A stretch of DNA of 48,101 bases from positions 1 through 48,101 of the forward strand of contig CAYYHI010000002.1 of NCBI GenBank assembly GCA_964471745.1, given 5' to 3'. The position numbers and the translations under genes are program-made. The notes under the pieces are model-generated. The model had not been told where the DNA came from. It searched no databases and worked only from the letters and a program-made list of their open reading frames with translations. This document shows, piece after piece, positions 8,669 to 18,239 of the stretch. The DNA comes from an uncultured bacterium (GTDB lineage Bacteria; Electryoneota; AABM5-125-24; Hatepunaeales; Hatepunaeaceae). Each line of letters starts with the position of its first letter. Positions within the stretch are counted from its first letter, which is position 1.

Positions 8669-11344
8669 ATGGACATAAACAAATTCACCGAACGCGCCCA
8701 GGCGGCTCTGACTTCCGCCCAGTCCACTGCAATGGAAGCCGGCAATCCGCAGATTGAGGTTGAACATCTGTTGAAAGCCCTGATCCAGCAGGAAGACGGG
8801 TTATGCGGCAGAATTTTAAGCCGGCTGGAAGTCGATATCGATAGTTTCATAGACGACCTGGACAGAGCCGTAAGTGCGATCCCGCGCGTCAGCGGACCGG
8901 GCTTTGAGCCGGGCAAGCTGTACCTCTCACCGGAAGTGCAGCAGTTATTGGTTAAAGCAGAAAACGAAGCCAAACGGATGGGCGACGAGTATGTCAGCGT
9001 TGAACATCTGCTTCTCGAATTGTCAGACTTCGACAGACGCGCCCGGATCGGTAAACTGCTCGAAAAACACGGCATAACGCGTGACAAACTACTTAAGGCA
9101 CTCTCCTCGATCCGCGGTCATCAGCGCGTTACCAGCGCAAATCCAGAAGCCACTTACGAAGCGCTGTCCCGTTATGGTCGAGACCTGGTCTCCGAAGCAA
9201 GGAACGACAAGCTCGACCCGGTAATCGGTCGCGACGATGAGATCCGACGGATCATCCGCATCCTCTCGCGCCGCACCAAGAACAATCCGGTGCTGATCGG
9301 CGAAGCCGGCGTGGGCAAGACCGCCATCGTCGAAGGTCTGGCTCAACGCATCGTGCGCGGCGACGTGCCGGAAGGCTTAAAAGATCGCACTGTCTGGGCG
9401 CTGGACATGGCTTCTGTTGTCGCCGGTGCCAAGTTCCGCGGTGAATTCGAGGAACGGCTGAAGGCGATCCTGAAGGAGGTTCAGAAGTCCGAGGGCGAGA
9501 TAATACTGTTCATCGACGAACTGCATAACGTCGTCGGTGCCGGTCGTGCCGAGGGTTCGATGGATGCGGGCAACATCATGAAACCGATGCTCGCACGCGG
9601 CGAACTGCACTGCATCGGCGCTACGACCATCGACGAGTACCGCAGACACATCGAAAAAGATCCGGCGCTGGAGCGGCGTTTCCAGCCGTTATTGATCGAC
9701 CCGCCCGGCGTCGAGGATTCAATCTCAATCCTGCGCGGGCTGCGGGAACGATTCGAAGTACACCACGGCGTACGGATTCAGGACAACGCCCTCGTGGCGG
9801 CGGCAGTCATGTCTAACCGCTATATCTCCGACCGCTTCCTGCCCGACAAGGCTATCGACCTGGTCGATGAAGCCGCGGCGATGATCCGCAGCGAGATCGA
9901 CTCCATGCCCGCCGAACTTGACTCCATTACCCGCCGCTGCACCCAGTTGGAGATAGAACGCCAGGCGCTGCGCCGTGAAAAGGATGATAAATCAAAAGAA
10001 AGGCTTGGTGCGATCCAGAACGAACTTGAAGAATTGCAGGTACGCGGCGACAGCCTGAAGGAACGTTGGGAGGAGGAGAAAAAGCTCATCAGCCACGCGC
10101 GGGAACTGCGTGAACAGATTGAAATAAACCGCCTCGAAATCGATCGCGCCGAGCGCGAGTATGACTTGGACCGAGCCGCTGAACTGAAATACGGACGTAA
10201 GATTGAGCTGGAGAAGGAACTCAAGGCAGCCGAAGCTAAGATAGAGGAATCAAAGGGAGCAAGGCTTCTAAAAGAGGAGGTCACCGAGGACGAGATTGCC
10301 GCTATCGTATCCCAGTGGACGGGCGTTCCGGTGTCGCGCCTGATCGAGGGTGAACGCGAAAAACTGCTGCAACTTGATGAAACCTTGCATAAGAGGGTTA
10401 TCGGACAGGATGAAGCAGTCCGGGCGGTTACCGATGCGGTTATCAGGGCGCGGTCGGGAATCAAGGACCCGCGTCGACCGATCGGCTCGTTCATCTTCCT
10501 CGGACCGACCGGCGTCGGCAAGACCGAGCTGGCGAGGTCGCTGGCGGAGGCAATGTTCGACAGCGAAGACGCAATGATCCGCATCGACATGTCCGAGTAC
10601 CAGGAGCGTCACACAGTTGCACGCCTGATCGGTGCACCGCCCGGATACGTGGGCTACGAAGAGGGTGGGCAGTTGACCGAAGCCGCCCGGCGCAAGCCCT
10701 ATTCGGTTATCCTGTTCGACGAAATCGAGAAGGCGCATCGCGAGGTTTTCACGGTTCTGCTGCAACTGCTTGACGACGGTCGGTTGACCGATGGACAGGG
10801 ACGAACCGTTGATTTTAAGAACAGCGTGGTGATAATGACGTCGAACATCGGCGGCGAAATCCTTATGAATACCCCCCCTTCTCCCCCCCCGCTGAGCAGG
10901 GGGAAAATTACAGATACTCCTTCTCCCCCCCCGCTAAGCGGGGGGGGAATGAAAGGGGGGGGGATTCCGGACGGTATTCGCGAGCGTGTTATGAACGAGA
11001 TGTCCGCTCATTTCCCGCCGGAGTTCCTGAACCGCGTCGACGACGTGGTGATGTTCGAGCCGTTGACGGTTGAGGATATGGAGCAGATTGTTGATTTGCA
11101 GATCGCCGACCTGGGCATACGCCTTGCCGAACAAGGACTTGAGATCGAAATAACCGACCGTGCCCGTTCGTTCATCGCGCGGGAATCGTACGATCCACAT
11201 TACGGCGCCCGTCCATTGAAGCGTTACTTGCAGAGAAGGCTTGAGACCAGTCTTGGACGCACATTAATCGCCGGCGAAATCGGCGACGGTAAGAAGATTG
11301 TGGTTGATGTGGAGAGTGGGGAGTTGAATTTTAGGGTGCATTAA
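8669..11344 (+). CDS. clpB: ATP-dependent chaperone/disaggregase ClpB
   Basis: 891 aa. It has an N-domain, two AAA+ modules (Walker [16 protein letters not shown] and [11 protein letters not shown]), a long coiled-coil M-domain, and the C-terminal GARPLKR motif. Confidence 0.97.
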   Translation: MDINKFTERAQAALTSAQSTAMEAGNPQIEVEHLLKALIQQEDGLCGRILSRLEVDIDSFIDDLDRAVSAIPRVSGPGFEPGKLYLSPEVQQLLVKAENEAKRMGDEYVSVEHLLLELSDFDRRARIGKLLEKHGITRDKLLKALSSIRGHQRVTSANPEATYEALSRYGRDLVSEARNDKLDPVIGRDDEIRRIIRILSRRTKNNPVLIGEAGVGKTAIVEGLAQRIVRGDVPEGLKDRTVWALDMASVVAGAKFRGEFEERLKAILKEVQKSEGEIILFIDELHNVVGAGRAEGSMDAGNIMKPMLARGELHCIGATTIDEYRRHIEKDPALERRFQPLLIDPPGVEDSISILRGLRERFEVHHGVRIQDNALVAAAVMSNRYISDRFLPDKAIDLVDEAAAMIRSEIDSMPAELDSITRRCTQLEIERQALRREKDDKSKERLGAIQNELEELQVRGDSLKERWEEEKKLISHARELREQIEINRLEIDRAEREYDLDRAAELKYGRKIELEKELKAAEAKIEESKGARLLKEEVTEDEIAAIVSQWTGVPVSRLIEGEREKLLQLDETLHKRVIGQDEAVRAVTDAVIRARSGIKDPRRPIGSFIFLGPTGVGKTELARSLAEAMFDSEDAMIRIDMSEYQERHTVARLIGAPPGYVGYEEGGQLTEAARRKPYSVILFDEIEKAHREVFTVLLQLLDDGRLTDGQGRTVDFKNSVVIMTSNIGGEILMNTPPSPPPLSRGKITDTPSPPPLSGGGMKGGGIPDGIRERVMNEMSAHFPPEFLNRVDDVVMFEPLTVEDMEQIVDLQIADLGIRLAEQGLEIEITDRARSFIARESYDPHYGARPLKRYLQRRLETSLGRTLIAGEIGDGKKIVVDVESGELNFRVH
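10872..10963. repeat. C-run/G-run hairpin repeat (two units) inserted in frame inside clpB
   Basis: C7-TTCT-C8-GCTGAGCA-G5 ... TTCT-C8-GCTAAGC-G8-AATGAAA-G9. It translates as [31 protein letters not shown]. Confidence 0.8.
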
Positions 11345-11395
11345 CTCTTTATTAATACATGAAACCCGGGATGCAGTGAATACAAAGAGGATAAA

Positions 11396-11417
11396 CCTGT
11401 CCAGCAAGCTGGACAGG
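11396..11417. terminator. Hairpin between convergent clpB and FGE-like genes (bidirectional terminator candidate)
   Basis: CCTGTCCAGC-AA-GCTGGACAGG is a perfect 10-bp stem. A T-rich tract follows on the + strand. Confidence 0.5.
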
Positions 11418-11429
11418 CCACCCATTTTC

Positions 11430-12176
11430 CTATATTTTGAATACCAACCGGAACCCATAATTCGGGTGCCGCGAGTCCGGGTTGCAGGCGCTGCGTAGCG
11501 CGGATCGGCAGTTCTCCGGGATGTCGTTCCACGAACCGCCTCTGAGTATGCGCAGCTCTCTGCCGCCCTCGACCCAGGCGCTGCCGTCATCCGGCGCTCT
11601 CTGATAGTTGTTGTGATAACGGTCTTCGCACCACTCCAGCACATTCCCGTGCATGTCGTACAAACCCCATGAATTGGGAGGAAAGTTGTTTACGGGAGTG
11701 GTTTGTCCTCGATATGCACCCTTCTTGCCATTTTTGTATACGTAATTTCCGTTATAGTTGGCTTGATCCGTATTTATCGTATCGCCGCTATTAAAAGGAG
11801 TCTCTGAACCGGCGCGGCAGGCGTATTCCCATTCCGCTTCCGTCGGCAGTCGGTAGCCTCTGCCGGGATCGCGTTCGTTCAGCTTGAGGATGAATTCCTG
11901 AACGTCATTCCAGGAAACCCTCTCAACCGGCAGGTCATCGCCCTTGAAATAGGAGGGATTATCGTCGGTTATCGCAAACCATTGACTTTGTGTGACCGGC
12001 GTTGTCATCATGTAGAATGGTTTGATGAATACACGATGTGACGAAGCCTCGTTCTCGTTGTGCCCGAACTCAGTTTCCATTGAGCCCATAAAGAAAAATC
12101 CACTTGGGATGGCGATGAATTCCATGCCGGGCAGAGGACCGGAAATCCTCTCCTGTACTGATTCACTATCGTCCAT
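11430..12176 (-). CDS. Formylglycine-generating enzyme (FGE/SUMF1)-sulfatase domain protein
   Basis: Motifs RVSWNDVQEF, GYRLPTEAEWEYACRAG, HGNVLEWCEDRY and RILRGGSWN are typical of the FGE-sulfatase fold. Confidence 0.85.
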   Translation of the reverse strand: MDDSESVQERISGPLPGMEFIAIPSGFFFMGSMETEFGHNENEASSHRVFIKPFYMMTTPVTQSQWFAITDDNPSYFKGDDLPVERVSWNDVQEFILKLNERDPGRGYRLPTEAEWEYACRAGSETPFNSGDTINTDQANYNGNYVYKNGKKGAYRGQTTPVNNFPPNSWGLYDMHGNVLEWCEDRYHNNYQRAPDDGSAWVEGGRELRILRGGSWNDIPENCRSALRSACNPDSRHPNYGFRLVFKI

Positions 12177-12393
12177 CGTTACCTCCAGAAAATTCCATCA
12201 TTTTCAATATTCAGATCAAATATAGAGCGGAAACAGTTGTGTGTCAATTGTGCAAGCGGATTTATCGGTTCACATAACCAATGAAACTCAAATAAATAGA
12301 CCCCAATCGAAACCGGTCAGACTTGTTCAATGAAGTTTATTTTGTATATTAAGAACGCCGACTGATGGTATTATAATAATTATCTTGGCAAAA

Positions 12394-12478
12394 GGGGAGA
12401 GCCGACTTCAGTCGGCTACTTTATGAAGTTGTAATTATAATAGGATTCTAAGGAAGCCGACTGAAGTCGGCTCTCCCC
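12394..12478. repeat. 85-nt palindromic element with perfect 24-bp terminal inverted repeats
   Basis: GGGGAGAGCCGACTTCAGTCGGCT (12394-12417) is the exact reverse complement of 12455-12478. Each arm is itself a hairpin. Confidence 0.85.
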
Positions 12479-12581
12479 AACCACGTTAATTTATCTATTT
12501 AACAACCATAAGTCGGCGCTACCCAGTATATCGATAAATAATTAAAACATCCATACTTCATTGTGTAAGAGTCAAAATTTA

Positions 12582-13463
12582 ATGAAGATCATCCGCATAA
12601 TACTCCTCTGGCTGTTTGCCTTGGTGATTACGCTAAGCATCGCTCGTTACCAGCGAAAAACCGGTCCCACCAATCCTATCGAGGGTAAAGCCAGACTTGG
12701 ACAGCACACAATCGATTACAGTTTGGAACGCACGCACGGCGGGTCGGACGACCATCGAATTCTGATCAGGCTCCCGGACATGGCGATAAGCGGTAGAGTA
12801 TTCTGGAAACGCTACAAATTCGACGAACCGACGCACGTGATCGATATGGAGAGTGGTGGTTTTATAGAATCATCAAATGATGGATATCTTGAAACGTACC
12901 TTCCGCATCAGCCGCCGGCGGGGAAGCTCGAGTACCGTGTAGAGCTCAGCTTAGGTGACATGTACGTGATGCTACCGCCCGACGAACCGGCGGTGATACG
13001 GTTCAAGGGTGACGTGCCGAAGTGGGCGTTAGCGCCGCATATTATCCTGATATTCAGTGCGCTATTTGTAGGAATGAGGGCGATGTTGTCGGCGCTGTTC
13101 TGCTTGAAAGTGAAGACGCTGGCATGGGTGACGCTTGCGCTGGTTGCGGTGGGTGGTCTGATCTTCGGACCGATTGTGCAGAAATATGCCTTCGGCGCGT
13201 TCTGGACCGGCTGGCCCTTCGGCGGGGACTGGACGGATAACAAGACAGCAGTTATGGCTTTGGGCTGGTTGGTGGCTGTATGGATGATGCGCGGGAAAGA
13301 ACGCGAAAAAAGCGGTCGATGGTGGGTCGTTGCCGCAACCGTATTAATGTTCGGCATCTACCTGATCCCGCACTCGATGCACGGCAGCGAGCTTGACTAT
13401 TCAGCCTTACCTCCGGACAGTTTGGAAACGTTAAGTATACCCGAATTGGATAAATATGAATAG
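12582..13463 (+). CDS. Integral membrane protein of unknown function
   Basis: The ORF track starts at 12561 (TTG); ATG 12582 gives MKIIRIILLWLFALVITLSIA. There is one N-terminal TM, a soluble segment of about 130 aa, then four or more hydrophobic helices. No family recognised. Confidence 0.6.
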   Translation: MKIIRIILLWLFALVITLSIARYQRKTGPTNPIEGKARLGQHTIDYSLERTHGGSDDHRILIRLPDMAISGRVFWKRYKFDEPTHVIDMESGGFIESSNDGYLETYLPHQPPAGKLEYRVELSLGDMYVMLPPDEPAVIRFKGDVPKWALAPHIILIFSALFVGMRAMLSALFCLKVKTLAWVTLALVAVGGLIFGPIVQKYAFGAFWTGWPFGGDWTDNKTAVMALGWLVAVWMMRGKEREKSGRWWVVAATVLMFGIYLIPHSMHGSELDYSALPPDSLETLSIPELDKYE

Positions 13464-13523
13464 CCACAGATAAAAAAACCGGGGAATATTTATCCAAAAT
13501 TTATCTGCCTGTGATCCAGCTCA

Positions 13524-13552
13524 TTGAAAATTGGTAAGTTTTGCTTTAATAT
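13524..13552 (+). promoter_or_regulatory. Sigma-70-like promoter
   Basis: TTGAAA-N17-TAATAT, 54 nt upstream of ATG 13606. Confidence 0.4.
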
Positions 13553-13605
13553 GAATACACTTAAGCTTGGGTAAAACCTTACCCGGGCAGACTAAGGAGG
13601 ATAAT

Positions 13606-16377
13606 ATGTTAAAGATTAAGCTAATTGTCTCCTTTCTTCTTGCACTGATTTTACTCCCATTCTCTCTTTACGGCGATACTGAAGTTGCGGGAGATGTCAG
13701 TGGTGAATGGACGGCGGAAGGCAGTCCATACATAGCTACTGGAGATGTGGTTTTACGTAACGGTGAAACACTGGATATTGACGCCGGTGTCGAAGTACTC
13801 TTCAGGGATAATACGGCATTCTATATCCATGGTCAATTGACTTCGAACGGTAGCGAAGAAGATTCCATCTATTACATGCCGGAGGATGAACATCAGATCT
13901 GGCGGGGATTACGTTTTATCAACGCGGATCGACGTTCCTGTCTCTCCTACTGTGTGGTAGCCTACGGACGAGCTATCTCCAATCATGCTGTTAACGACAC
14001 AATTAACAGTGGCGGTAACATTTTTATCTGGAACAGCGATATTACGATTGAGCATTCGCGCATCTCTTATGGGCAAGTTACAGGTCATGGAGCGGGTATC
14101 GGGATTTGGAGGTCCGATCCGATCATCAGAAACTGCCTCGTAGATCAAAACCTCTCCAACGCCCAAGCCGGCGCTGTCTACCTCCATCAATCTTCACCGG
14201 ACATTCTGAATTGCCGGTTTATTGAAAATCAAACCGCCTGGGGAGGCGGCGGTTTATGTCTCGAACAGAATTCAAATCCCCTGATTGAAAACTGCGCTTT
14301 CACCGGCAATTTAGCCGCTACCGGCGGTGGCATAGCCGATTACGGTGGCAGCCCCACGATAAGACAGTGCACATTTTGCGAAAACAGCGCCAACACAATG
14401 GGAGGCGGCGCTTATCTCCGCGACGACGGGAGTGATCCATTGGTGGAGTGGTGTACATTTTACAGAAACACAGCCGATGTCGGCACGGGTTGGGGTGGAG
14501 GTTTACTATTACGCTTCAATACAGGCAGTGAGGTTCGCTATTGCAGATTTATTGAGAACGAAGCACTGTACGGCGGCGGTATCTACGTCCAGCAGAATGC
14601 CGGACAACGTCCGCAATGCAGCATCCATCATGATCTATTCTGCGATAACCTCGCCCGCGTTGCCGGTGGAGCGATTGCCGTTTCGGAAAATATGGGCAAT
14701 TCTGCATTGGACGTTGAAAACTGCACATTCATTTACAATTCCGCACAAGCTCAGGATGAACCCAACACCGCCTTCTCTCCACGAGGCTCCAGAATACATT
14801 TCAACAGCTCAATCATCCTGGGTGAACTGCCGCACTTTTGGGATCACAATCTGATAACGGTAGAGTACAGCCACATCTCAGAAGGTTATAACGGCAGAAA
14901 CAACTCGCCGGATGATCCTCAACTATTCATGAAGGATTCAACCTGGTGCCTGCTGTGGGGGAGTTCTCCGTGCGTGAACAGCGGCGATCCGAATCTGCCG
15001 GACGACCCCGACCGCAGTCGCAACGACCGCGGCTGGCTGCATTTTCCCCATGACGCCCTCGGTGGGCTTGAAACCGACACCCTGTCCGCAGATCTGGAAG
15101 CGGGAACCCGCTACCAAACGACTATCCATTTCCAAAACGACACCGGCGTGCCTATCTATGCATCGCCGATCAATAACTGGCGGGAACCGGATCGGGAAAT
15201 AACGGTCGACGTAACTGAAATCACCGAAGACAGCGAGATTCACGGCGTGGCACGGACAGCGGACGGGTATCTACTCAGTGGCGGAAACAGCGGCGATGAT
15301 CCGAACCAGATTTATTGCCTCGATAATGATTTCAACCTGGTTGAACAGCTCGATCAGCCCGGTGGAATCGATGGCGTTGGTTTCTTTGACCTGGCGTATG
15401 TCGGTAACGGCGTGTTCTACGGCGGTGATGAGGAACAGATCTGCGAGTTCAATGCTGATGGTGAGTTGCTCGATGCTTACGGTAGTCCGATGGGACTCGG
15501 ATTCGCTCGCGCTCTGGGCGTCGACGTTTTCCATGCGGATCAATTCATCGATGTATATATCGGCGGCGACGAAGGGAATATCGTGCGAACCAACGACGAG
15601 ATGCAGGAAAGGGAAAGATTTAACGTCGGCAGTCCGGTACGTGCTATCGGAATAAAGGAGAACAGCCGTGCGGTTTATATTGCCACCGAGTCGGCTGGGG
15701 GGATCGGTTTGTTATCTATACTGTTCCCGGAGGACAGCTCTGTCGTACCGCTCTACCCGCTGGATCTGCCGGATGGACGTCGGATGGGAGGCTTTGAGGT
15801 TACTCAGAACTGGGAAGCCGGTAAAGGAACCCTGATCGGCATCAAAGAGGGCGACGGGGATGTTGCAGACCAGTTGTTCGTGGAGCATTTCTACGTTTCC
15901 TGGTTGGTGGTTCGTCCCGAATGGGAATTTCTGATGCCCGGCGACGAGGCTGAGTGGGAGATCGAATTCACTTCCAACGGGATGGCAAACGGGGAATACC
16001 GGGACGTGATCTTCCTCGCGGTTAACGGTTACGGAGAGGGCAACGAAATCCAGACTATATTAAGGGTCACCGGCAGTCCTGTCGACCCGCGAGCGAATGA
16101 CAACACGATCCCGACGACGCTGCAACTGAACGCGGTTTATCCGAATCCCTTCAACTCATCAGCCATAGTCAGATACAGCCTTCCATTCGCGACACGTGCA
16201 ACGCTGACTGTTTATGACCCATTAGGACGAAGAATTGCCACATTGTTCGAAGGTTACAGGAAAGCGGGTGTTTATACTGCCAATCTGACAGCCGCGGATT
16301 TGCCGTCGGGATTGTGTTTTGTGAGGTTGAAGGCGGGAAATGAAGCAACGATACAAAAGACCATTATTATTAAATGA
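13606..16377 (+). CDS. Secreted right-handed beta-helix (pectin-lyase-fold-like) repeat protein, T9SS cargo
   Basis: The ORF track starts at 13567; ATG 13606 follows RBS AAGGAGG and gives a signal peptide MLKIKLIVSFLLALILLPFSLYG. There are many N-x-x-x-GG(G/A)I/L repeat units. The CTD is YPNPFNSSAIVRYSLP...GLCFVRLKAG...KTIIIK. Confidence 0.8.
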   Translation: MLKIKLIVSFLLALILLPFSLYGDTEVAGDVSGEWTAEGSPYIATGDVVLRNGETLDIDAGVEVLFRDNTAFYIHGQLTSNGSEEDSIYYMPEDEHQIWRGLRFINADRRSCLSYCVVAYGRAISNHAVNDTINSGGNIFIWNSDITIEHSRISYGQVTGHGAGIGIWRSDPIIRNCLVDQNLSNAQAGAVYLHQSSPDILNCRFIENQTAWGGGGLCLEQNSNPLIENCAFTGNLAATGGGIADYGGSPTIRQCTFCENSANTMGGGAYLRDDGSDPLVEWCTFYRNTADVGTGWGGGLLLRFNTGSEVRYCRFIENEALYGGGIYVQQNAGQRPQCSIHHDLFCDNLARVAGGAIAVSENMGNSALDVENCTFIYNSAQAQDEPNTAFSPRGSRIHFNSSIILGELPHFWDHNLITVEYSHISEGYNGRNNSPDDPQLFMKDSTWCLLWGSSPCVNSGDPNLPDDPDRSRNDRGWLHFPHDALGGLETDTLSADLEAGTRYQTTIHFQNDTGVPIYASPINNWREPDREITVDVTEITEDSEIHGVARTADGYLLSGGNSGDDPNQIYCLDNDFNLVEQLDQPGGIDGVGFFDLAYVGNGVFYGGDEEQICEFNADGELLDAYGSPMGLGFARALGVDVFHADQFIDVYIGGDEGNIVRTNDEMQERERFNVGSPVRAIGIKENSRAVYIATESAGGIGLLSILFPEDSSVVPLYPLDLPDGRRMGGFEVTQNWEAGKGTLIGIKEGDGDVADQLFVEHFYVSWLVVRPEWEFLMPGDEAEWEIEFTSNGMANGEYRDVIFLAVNGYGEGNEIQTILRVTGSPVDPRANDNTIPTTLQLNAVYPNPFNSSAIVRYSLPFATRATLTVYDPLGRRIATLFEGYRKAGVYTANLTAADLPSGLCFVRLKAGNEATIQKTIIIK

Positions 16378-16391
16378 GATAGATTAATTAC

Positions 16392-16420
16392 TTGACAACA
16401 GCGTAATCTTGACCTATATT
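16392..16420 (+). promoter_or_regulatory. Sigma-70-like promoter
   Basis: TTGACA-N17-TATATT upstream of ATG 16503, which has RBS AAGGAGG. Confidence 0.45.
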
Positions 16421-16502
16421 GATAGCTGATGTAAAAGGATTAATCATTTTTGTTCAATTAGATTTCTAATTGAAGATAGCAAAAACTTAAGGAGGGTTTG
16501 AA

Positions 16503-17504
16503 ATGAATCGTATCATGGTACTTTTCGCGTTAGTCTGCATCGGCGGGCTGGTTCTTGCCCCAAGCGCTGTCAATGGCGCTACTTACGTATTCGGCGAGGA
16601 CGGAAACATCAAAAACTTAACGTATTACGGCAGTACTTGGACAAGCGCCAATACTTACATCATTGCTGGTGATTGTCATGTAAACAATGACGATGAGCTT
16701 ACAATTGAGGATGGCGTCGAGGTTCTGTTCGATTACGATTATGGCGGAGATTACGGATCTCCCATGTTCCCCACCATCAAAATCTACGGAACAATCGTCT
16801 GTGAAGGAACGGAAAACTCACAAGTGTGGTTCAAGAATTACTCCGGTACGAACAAGGGTGAATTCGAGGGTCTGCTGCTTGATGGCACATCCACGAACGA
16901 AGGGGAATTGGAAGCTTCCCACACGGTCTTTGAATACGGCGGTAAATCAACAGCGCTGATTCAACTCGATGAAGACGCCGTACTCGATCTTGATAACTGC
17001 TTTATCAGGTTATCAGACACAGACGGGATTGCCACAATTGACGAATCAAGCTCCATAGACATCCACTCATGTTATATCGATTCTAATGATAACGATGGAA
17101 TCGATGCACAGAACGAGTTAGAACTTTTACAGATTGAAAATACCGTTCTATTCTATAATGGAGGTGCAGGAATCCATATAGAGTCTTTAAGGAATCATGA
17201 TGGCATGTGGTTGAAAGGTTTATATGTTAGGGGTAATAACCTTGACGGTCTTGTTTTAGGTCCTCAATCACGTGGAATTCTCGTAAGAAACTGCCAGTTC
17301 TACTGTAATGGACCGGAAGTTGCAGGGCAAGGTAATGGAATTCGTATTGATTGTGATGAAGGCAATTTCTATTGCACGATAATGAACTGCGTAGCGGCAG
17401 GGAACTCAGAAAACGGCATTTATATCGAGGATATGGATCCGTGGGAGATATTGAGTCCTATTCGAATACTTAATTCCGTGCTTTGGGATAATGGTGACAA
17501 CTGA
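16503..17504 (+). CDS. N-terminal part of a beta-helix T9SS cargo gene, ended by an in-frame TGA (possible pseudogene)
   Basis: Signal peptide MNRIMVLFALVCIGGLVLAPSAVNG followed by beta-helix repeats (NDNDGIDA, NGGAGIHI, NNLDGLVL, GQGNGIRI, NSENGIYI). The stop TGA 17502-17504 falls at the Gly position of the next repeat. Confidence 0.7.
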   Translation: MNRIMVLFALVCIGGLVLAPSAVNGATYVFGEDGNIKNLTYYGSTWTSANTYIIAGDCHVNNDDELTIEDGVEVLFDYDYGGDYGSPMFPTIKIYGTIVCEGTENSQVWFKNYSGTNKGEFEGLLLDGTSTNEGELEASHTVFEYGGKSTALIQLDEDAVLDLDNCFIRLSDTDGIATIDESSSIDIHSCYIDSNDNDGIDAQNELELLQIENTVLFYNGGAGIHIESLRNHDGMWLKGLYVRGNNLDGLVLGPQSRGILVRNCQFYCNGPEVAGQGNGIRIDCDEGNFYCTIMNCVAAGNSENGIYIEDMDPWEILSPIRILNSVLWDNGDN

Positions 17505-18239
17505 TTACTTGTTAATAACCTCAATCATTGGGATGGAGAGGATTATGATGTAATAGTTACTCAGAACAATATCTTTGGTCTTAATGAAGATTACGGAGTA
17601 AGCATTGAAGGAGAGGTATATCTACTTGATTTTAGTTCGGATATAAATGCCTTCAAAGACAATGGTATAGATTCTTATGACGATGAAGCAGATTTTCCAG
17701 GCGAAAAAATTATCGATGAGAATGGAGAACCTGATCACTTTGAGCTTGCGCTTGAGACATATCACGCGAATAATGACCCGCCGTATGATTTCCACATCGA
17801 ATGGGATGGACCTTTAAAAAACGAAAAAACGCTAATAAACTCAGGTGACTCCGACGAAGGCTGCGGAGGTGATCCGAATGGGTCTTTAACCAACATTGGA
17901 ATTTTCGGAGGACAATATGCCGACAATTTCCCTGACTTTGAATTCTATGATTTCTTCTGGGCTGATTGTGGCTTTGATCCTTTTATTGCGGTTGCACTTT
18001 CTGGAGATTGGACTGATGACGATGAAGGCGAGAAAACAGTTAAGAGAGATGACTACCGCGTTTACGAAGACTGGGAGATTGGAAGCACCTGTATTCTAGA
18101 GATTGAAGAGAGTACATTAATAGAATTCTGTGATGCTGCTTGGTTTGAGGTTAGGGGAACATTAGAAGCTAATGGCTCACCTGATAATCATATTGTTTTC
18201 AGAGGATTTGACGATACACAATGGAGAGGTATCAGGTTT

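Noticed and set aside
9820-10590. A 256-aa minus-strand ORF, and other long antisense ORFs such as 10268-10765, 30757-31698, 38747-39454 and 1516-2091.
   Set aside because: They lie entirely inside well-supported genes (clpB, the flippase-like and GT2 genes, gyrB, the BNR protein). Their low-complexity Ser/Arg/Ala-rich translations are typical of shadow frames in GC-rich coding DNA.
10872-10963. C/G homopolymer runs in clpB as a sequencing artefact (for example two-colour poly-G) or assembly chimera.
   Set aside because: Not fully excluded. However, the runs are arranged as complementary C8...G8 hairpins, keep the reading frame, recur with the same architecture at 31562-31612 and 21406-21440, and are embedded in unique flanking sequence on both sides. 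I kept it as a finding with read validation requested.
17502-17504. The in-frame TGA as selenocysteine, or as genome-wide TGA recoding (code 4 or 25).
   Set aside because: TGA terminates gyrB (…NLDV*), the T9SS cargos at 16375-16377 (…KTIIIK*) and 19755-19757 (…KAVLVR*) exactly at the expected protein ends, so TGA is a stop in this genome. The aligned residue is a structural Gly rather than a redox Cys, and I saw no convincing SECIS-like hairpin just downstream.
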